A stretch of DNA of 64,000 nucleotides from Armatimonadota bacterium (GTDB lineage Bacteria; Armatimonadota; HRBIN16), in NCBI GenBank assembly GCA_963677485.1, contig OY781964.1, forward strand, positions 3,104,001 through 3,168,000, in the 5' to 3' direction. The notes beneath the pieces were generated by a model. That model was not told the origin of the DNA, did not search any database, and saw only the letters and a program-made list of their open reading frames with translations. This document shows, piece after piece, positions 59,693 to 64,000 of this stretch. The position numbers and the translations under genes are program-made. Positions within the stretch are counted from its first letter, which is position 1; each line of letters opens with the position of its first letter.

Positions 59693-61864
59693 ATGTACCG
59701 TTCAGTAAGCCATACCATGCCAACTAGGAGAGTTGAATCATTGAGTACGCAGAGCACGCGGCCACTGCGGGCCGCATCTTCTCGGGATTCCCGTGTTCTG
59801 GACAACTCCGGTCACGGCGCCAGCATCGCTGACAGCCTTCCGGATTTTGATCGTCTACCCCAATTCCATTCATCGAATGGTGACTTCGACAAATTCCTCA
59901 ATGAGTATTTCCAACGGCAGCTCTTCAATGACGAATACGCAACTGCATTACGTTTTGCCGGCTCACAGCCGACCGGCATGGATCTACTAAATGCCTTTGA
60001 GGGCGACAGCTGGTCGCTCTGCTGGCAGGACCGCACCGCCATGGGCAACAGGTATGATTTCGCTAAACGGTTGCCAACCATTGGATCCTATGTTCCGTCT
60101 GACACGGTTCTGCACGCACTGCTGCGGCTGCCCGTCGACGGCTTTGGGCACGTCTGGAGCCCACTATTGCATCCGTCAGATATGCCAGAGCCTGGCCATG
60201 ATCGCGCGAAATACTCCTGGCCATGGTCGGAACTGACAAGCTACCAGCTTGATTCTAGCAATATTTCCTCGCTGTTCCAGGCGATTTTGCCCGCAGCACA
60301 GTGGGCATCTACCGGCTTTACTCCCGATGAGAGCCACATCGGCATCTCTGGCAGCGTCACCGGAGCTCTGCCTCGTTTGGTCAGCCCGCCCTTCAACATT
60401 TCCTCAGGCGATATGCCAGTCGTCGAAGTGGTTTTGCGCTTCAAAGAGCTCGAAACGCGCGATGGTCTGCGTATGCTGGGCGGCTTCAAGCTATACTGGG
60501 CCACCTCCAACCAGACCGAATTTGACGAGAAACGCTCGGTCAGCATCGATGACTGCACGCTGTCACCGCTGGAGTATGCTGCCGCGTTGAAGCCTGATCA
60601 GACCCCGATGGAGCCTCAGTTCCGTCTGCAGTTTGACCTTAAGCACCACAAGGGCTGGGTGAACCAAACAATCACTCGGCTGCTCATTGTTCCGGCAGGT
60701 CATGATGCTCTGGGCGGTGATGCCACAGGCGTGAAGCTGCAGATTGAAGACATCCTGGTCATCAAACATGCAGAAAACCCGGTTGCCAACGCCGATTTCA
60801 TCAACGTCAGTGCCCGGTTATACGCCTGGTCTGGCGATGACGGTTTCCTGCAGGCGATGATACCCAAACTGCGCCGCGCCATACAGGGGCTGATCCTACA
60901 GCCTGCGATGCAGAATCATCCTCTGCTCGTCAGTCCATCGGACGGTAACACAAATGGGTCCGTGTGTGACACAAAACTCAACATCGCCTATTGTGCGGCC
61001 CTATGCCACATGGCCTTGCTGGAAAAGGCCGTCACCGACCACCGCTTGCCCATCGCCCGCGGCCAGCAGATACTGTCGCCTGAAGGCGCGGCAGTCAGCT
61101 ACACCGAGACCAGCTATTCGCTGGAGACACGGGCGAAAGCGCTCAAACTGGCCATCCAAACGCAGCTTTGGAATCCCGCCACTCACAGGTTCTGCGAGAG
61201 CACCACGCAGACTGGATCGATACAGGCTGATGGCTCCATCGCATTAAACCTGAAGGCACTGGCTCATGGCCTATGCACGCCAGCACAGCGCGACTGCCTG
61301 CTCAACTGGCTTGAGGAGCCCGTCAGTGACTGCAGTGAGCACCTCACCACGGTTCTCTACGAGCTGATGGCCCGCGTCCAAACCTTCAAGCAAAAGCAGA
61401 TTGACCAGACTTATCAGCGTGTGCTTCAGATGGAGAAATGCATCGGGATTGCAGGCGAACAACCGCCATCTGCAGAGGCGGCGTGTCTGCCCGCCTCGCC
61501 CGATCTACCCATGGGCTCGCTTCATCCGCTCTACGCCTTCCTGGGTGTGGATGTCAAAGACCCTGATGTGCTGACCATCGCACCGGCCATCCCCACTGAC
61601 CTGCACCACATGAGCGTGCAGAATGTGTTCTTCCATGGCAACTACATCAATATAGAAGCAGGAAAAGACTACGTCAGTTTGGAAGGCAGCCGCCTGCTCA
61701 ACACCAAAGGTCTGCGGCTGAAGGTCATATTCCACAACATCAGGTATAACTACCAGGTGTTTGTGAACGACAATGAATACCACAGCTACAAGACGAGCAA
61801 CGATGGCTCCGTGCAGATCCCGCTCAGCTTAGGCACCGTCACGGTGCAAATCCGCCCCGACTAG
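59693..61864 (+). CDS. (alpha/alpha)6-barrel glycoside-hydrolase-like protein, apparently degenerate
   Basis: YAWSGDDGFLQAM..KLRRA, N.AYCAALCHMALLE, LWNPATHRF and AFLGVD...LTIAPAIP segments. Confidence 0.55.
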   Translation: MYRSVSHTMPTRRVESLSTQSTRPLRAASSRDSRVLDNSGHGASIADSLPDFDRLPQFHSSNGDFDKFLNEYFQRQLFNDEYATALRFAGSQPTGMDLLNAFEGDSWSLCWQDRTAMGNRYDFAKRLPTIGSYVPSDTVLHALLRLPVDGFGHVWSPLLHPSDMPEPGHDRAKYSWPWSELTSYQLDSSNISSLFQAILPAAQWASTGFTPDESHIGISGSVTGALPRLVSPPFNISSGDMPVVEVVLRFKELETRDGLRMLGGFKLYWATSNQTEFDEKRSVSIDDCTLSPLEYAAALKPDQTPMEPQFRLQFDLKHHKGWVNQTITRLLIVPAGHDALGGDATGVKLQIEDILVIKHAENPVANADFINVSARLYAWSGDDGFLQAMIPKLRRAIQGLILQPAMQNHPLLVSPSDGNTNGSVCDTKLNIAYCAALCHMALLEKAVTDHRLPIARGQQILSPEGAAVSYTETSYSLETRAKALKLAIQTQLWNPATHRFCESTTQTGSIQADGSIALNLKALAHGLCTPAQRDCLLNWLEEPVSDCSEHLTTVLYELMARVQTFKQKQIDQTYQRVLQMEKCIGIAGEQPPSAEAACLPASPDLPMGSLHPLYAFLGVDVKDPDVLTIAPAIPTDLHHMSVQNVFFHGNYINIEAGKDYVSLEGSRLLNTKGLRLKVIFHNIRYNYQVFVNDNEYHSYKTSNDGSVQIPLSLGTVTVQIRPD

Positions 61865-61942
61865 CAGCCGCTCCCCGGGGTGAGCGCACTCACCCCGGGG
61901 TATAATGAGCTATATTCTGACTGCTCGTGAGGTCGCCAAAGT

Positions 61943-63259
61943 ATGACCGAAGCCTTCATCTCCGACAACGCCGCCGTCCGCCTGTTTTTGGAAGTGATCG
62001 CACTAAAAAACCAGAACGACGAGGCGGTATTATGCTTCTCGCCCGCTGACATCAAGCTGATCGACTACGCTTTGTCTCAGCATGGTAAACAGCCCAGGCA
62101 TCTGCTGAACATGCACAACTATTCCGAAATTGGCATCGACCGGCAAACCGCCGGCGAGCTCGAGGAGCACCTCGCGCAGACCATCGGCCCGATGGACGTG
62201 CTGGGCATCATCAGAGCGCAGTTCGCCAGTTGGACACGGCAGGGCATCAGCCTGCTGCATTACGATGACAAGCAGTATCCTGCCATCTGGCGAGAGCGGC
62301 TGGGCCAAACTGCACCGAAGTTGATATGGTGCGCAGGCAACCTGGAGCTGCTGACCAGCCAGGGGCTGGCCGTGGTGGGCAGCCGTGTGCTGAGCGAGGA
62401 AGAGCAGATCTACGCAAGCCGGCTGGGGCACGAATGCGCCCGCCAGCAGTTGCTGCTTATCAGCGGCTACGCCAGCGGAGCGGACCAACTGGCGATGTTC
62501 GCCGCATTAGATGAGGGTGGTCAGGCGATCGGCATCCTCAGCCAGGGGTTACTCGGCGTGCTGGGGCAAGCTCGGTTGAAGAAGCCGTTGCAAAAAGACC
62601 AATTGCTGCTCATCTCACCCTTCCATCCCAGTGCGGAGTTCCAAGCCGCACAGGCGCTGGCTCGCAACAGGTTGATCTACAGTATGGGCCAGTGGGCGGT
62701 GGCGGTCAGCAGCCGTGCGGGCACCGGCGGCACCTGGCGGGGTGCGCTTGAGTGTATGGTGCAGTCACAGCCGCCTTTATATGTCCGGTGCGACCAGCCG
62801 ATATCGGACGGCAACCAGCGTCTGCTGGAGTTGGGCGCTTTGGAGTTGGATGCAGAGAGTCTGGGGTACGGCGTGAAACTGGCAGACTATCTACAGCGAA
62901 CCGCCGTCGGCTACAAGCCATCTACCGAGGTGGGAGAACTGCTGGCTGAAATCGGCCCGTCCCCCGATGACTTTGACTCGCTGCGCCGTAAACCTGAGCC
63001 GTCAAGCACATCCAAACGCAGCCCGAAACCCGAACCTGAGGAGTTGTCATCCGAGATGTTCAACTCCGCATGGAAGCTGATGGAGCCGCTGCTGGGCGAG
63101 CCATCGACCCCACAGCAGCTTGCCCATGCACTCTCCATCACTCGATCACAGGCGCTCGCCTGGCTGAAGCAGGCCGAAGGTCTTGGAATGGTCAGCCGCA
63201 GCGGCAAACCACCGCGATTCCTGCGCACTCCTGCGCTGTATCGGGAGGAGCCCGATTGA
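61943..63259 (+). CDS. dprA: DNA-processing protein DprA/Smf
   Basis: YP...P...GN, LAVVGSR, ISGYASGAD and ARNRLIY motifs; C-terminal wHTH. Confidence 0.85.
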   Translation: MTEAFISDNAAVRLFLEVIALKNQNDEAVLCFSPADIKLIDYALSQHGKQPRHLLNMHNYSEIGIDRQTAGELEEHLAQTIGPMDVLGIIRAQFASWTRQGISLLHYDDKQYPAIWRERLGQTAPKLIWCAGNLELLTSQGLAVVGSRVLSEEEQIYASRLGHECARQQLLLISGYASGADQLAMFAALDEGGQAIGILSQGLLGVLGQARLKKPLQKDQLLLISPFHPSAEFQAAQALARNRLIYSMGQWAVAVSSRAGTGGTWRGALECMVQSQPPLYVRCDQPISDGNQRLLELGALELDAESLGYGVKLADYLQRTAVGYKPSTEVGELLAEIGPSPDDFDSLRRKPEPSSTSKRSPKPEPEELSSEMFNSAWKLMEPLLGEPSTPQQLAHALSITRSQALAWLKQAEGLGMVSRSGKPPRFLRTPALYREEPD

Positions 63260-64000
63260 ACCCCAACAAACATGATGGCATACACGAACTGCCGCCCAGG
63301 GAGTTGATGGCACCCGCCGCGCGCAAGCTGCGTGACATCTACGCGCAGACCCCGGGCGCGCCCATACACCAGCGTGAGTTTGGCTTCTACTGCCTCGAAC
63401 GCTGGTATGAGCAGGGGCTCAGCCGTGATGCCGATCTGGCGGAGCTGTTTGGATATGATCCGCCAGGCCACTTCGACCTGGGCGGGTTGGGGGGCTGCGA
63501 GGCGGCCTTTGTGCCCGCGTTCGAGGAGAAGGTTCTGGAAGACCGCGGCGACTACGAGCTGGTGCAGGACTTCGCCGGACGGCATGTGCTTTGCTTCAAA
63601 GGTCGCCGCAGCGGGTTCATGCCCGAATACATCGACCATCCTGTCAAAGATATGCGAACCTGGGAGGAGCTCTGCGCCTGGCGCATGGAGCTCGATACCC
63701 CCGAACGATGGATCGGCTTCGACGCGAAGATGCAGCAGGCGATATCCGCAGCGGGGCAGGGGCTGATGATCATGGAGCTGCTGACCGGCGGATATATGTA
63801 TCTACGCAGCCTGGTTGGTCCGGAAGGCATCCTCTACGCCTTCTACGACATGCCTGAGGTGGTCCACGCTTGTATGCGGCAGTGGCTCAAGCTGGCGGAT
63901 GGCGTGATTGCCCGGTACCAGCAGCACGTCACTCTGGACATCTTGTTCCTGTCTGAGGATATTTGCTACAACCACGGCCTGCTCTGCTCACCGGAGATGA
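63256..64000 (+). CDS. Uroporphyrinogen decarboxylase/MtaA-family protein (3' truncated)
   Basis: Open frame from TTG at 63256: P.FEEKVLEDRG...FMPEYIDHPVK...YLRSLVGPEG..YAFYDMPE...SEDICYNHG.L.SPE; runs off the window so absent from the ORF track. Confidence 0.85.
   Translation, partial: MNPNKHDGIHELPPRELMAPAARKLRDIYAQTPGAPIHQREFGFYCLERWYEQGLSRDADLAELFGYDPPGHFDLGGLGGCEAAFVPAFEEKVLEDRGDYELVQDFAGRHVLCFKGRRSGFMPEYIDHPVKDMRTWEELCAWRMELDTPERWIGFDAKMQQAISAAGQGLMIMELLTGGYMYLRSLVGPEGILYAFYDMPEVVHACMRQWLKLADGVIARYQQHVTLDILFLSEDICYNHGLLCSPEM

Overview
Bacterial chromosomal window, moderately GC-rich. DUF6785-like membrane proteins, H-X9-DG proteins and many orphan CAZymes suggest an Armatimonadota-like host (inference only). 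Housekeeping genes: dtd, metY, prfA, an ECF sigma/anti-sigma pair, radA, amtB-glnK, a cation:H+ antiporter, larEBC, aroF-tyrA-aroA-cmk-plsC, phoA and dprA. Accessory content: an AbiE toxin-antitoxin pair, an RloA/RloB pair, several glycoside hydrolases, a four-member array of membrane-anchored H-X9-DG proteins and several families of palindromic intergenic repeats. The most striking object is a ~1.63-1.65 kb insertion (~53614-55260) that splits the fourth H-X9-DG gene in frame. It has no long terminal inverted repeats but has a subterminal hairpin. Its single ~506-aa protein has Rep_trans-like motifs (ExATD, YDK, RIE) and a C-terminal winged helix, making it a candidate for an undescribed class of rolling-circle-type insertion sequence. 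Also notable: a ~190-bp structured repeat in at least 7 copies, a duplicated dtd 5' end flanking a small island, an out-of-frame deletion fusion of two paralogs, and a DAHP synthase with active-site substitutions. No rRNA, tRNA or CRISPR array was seen.
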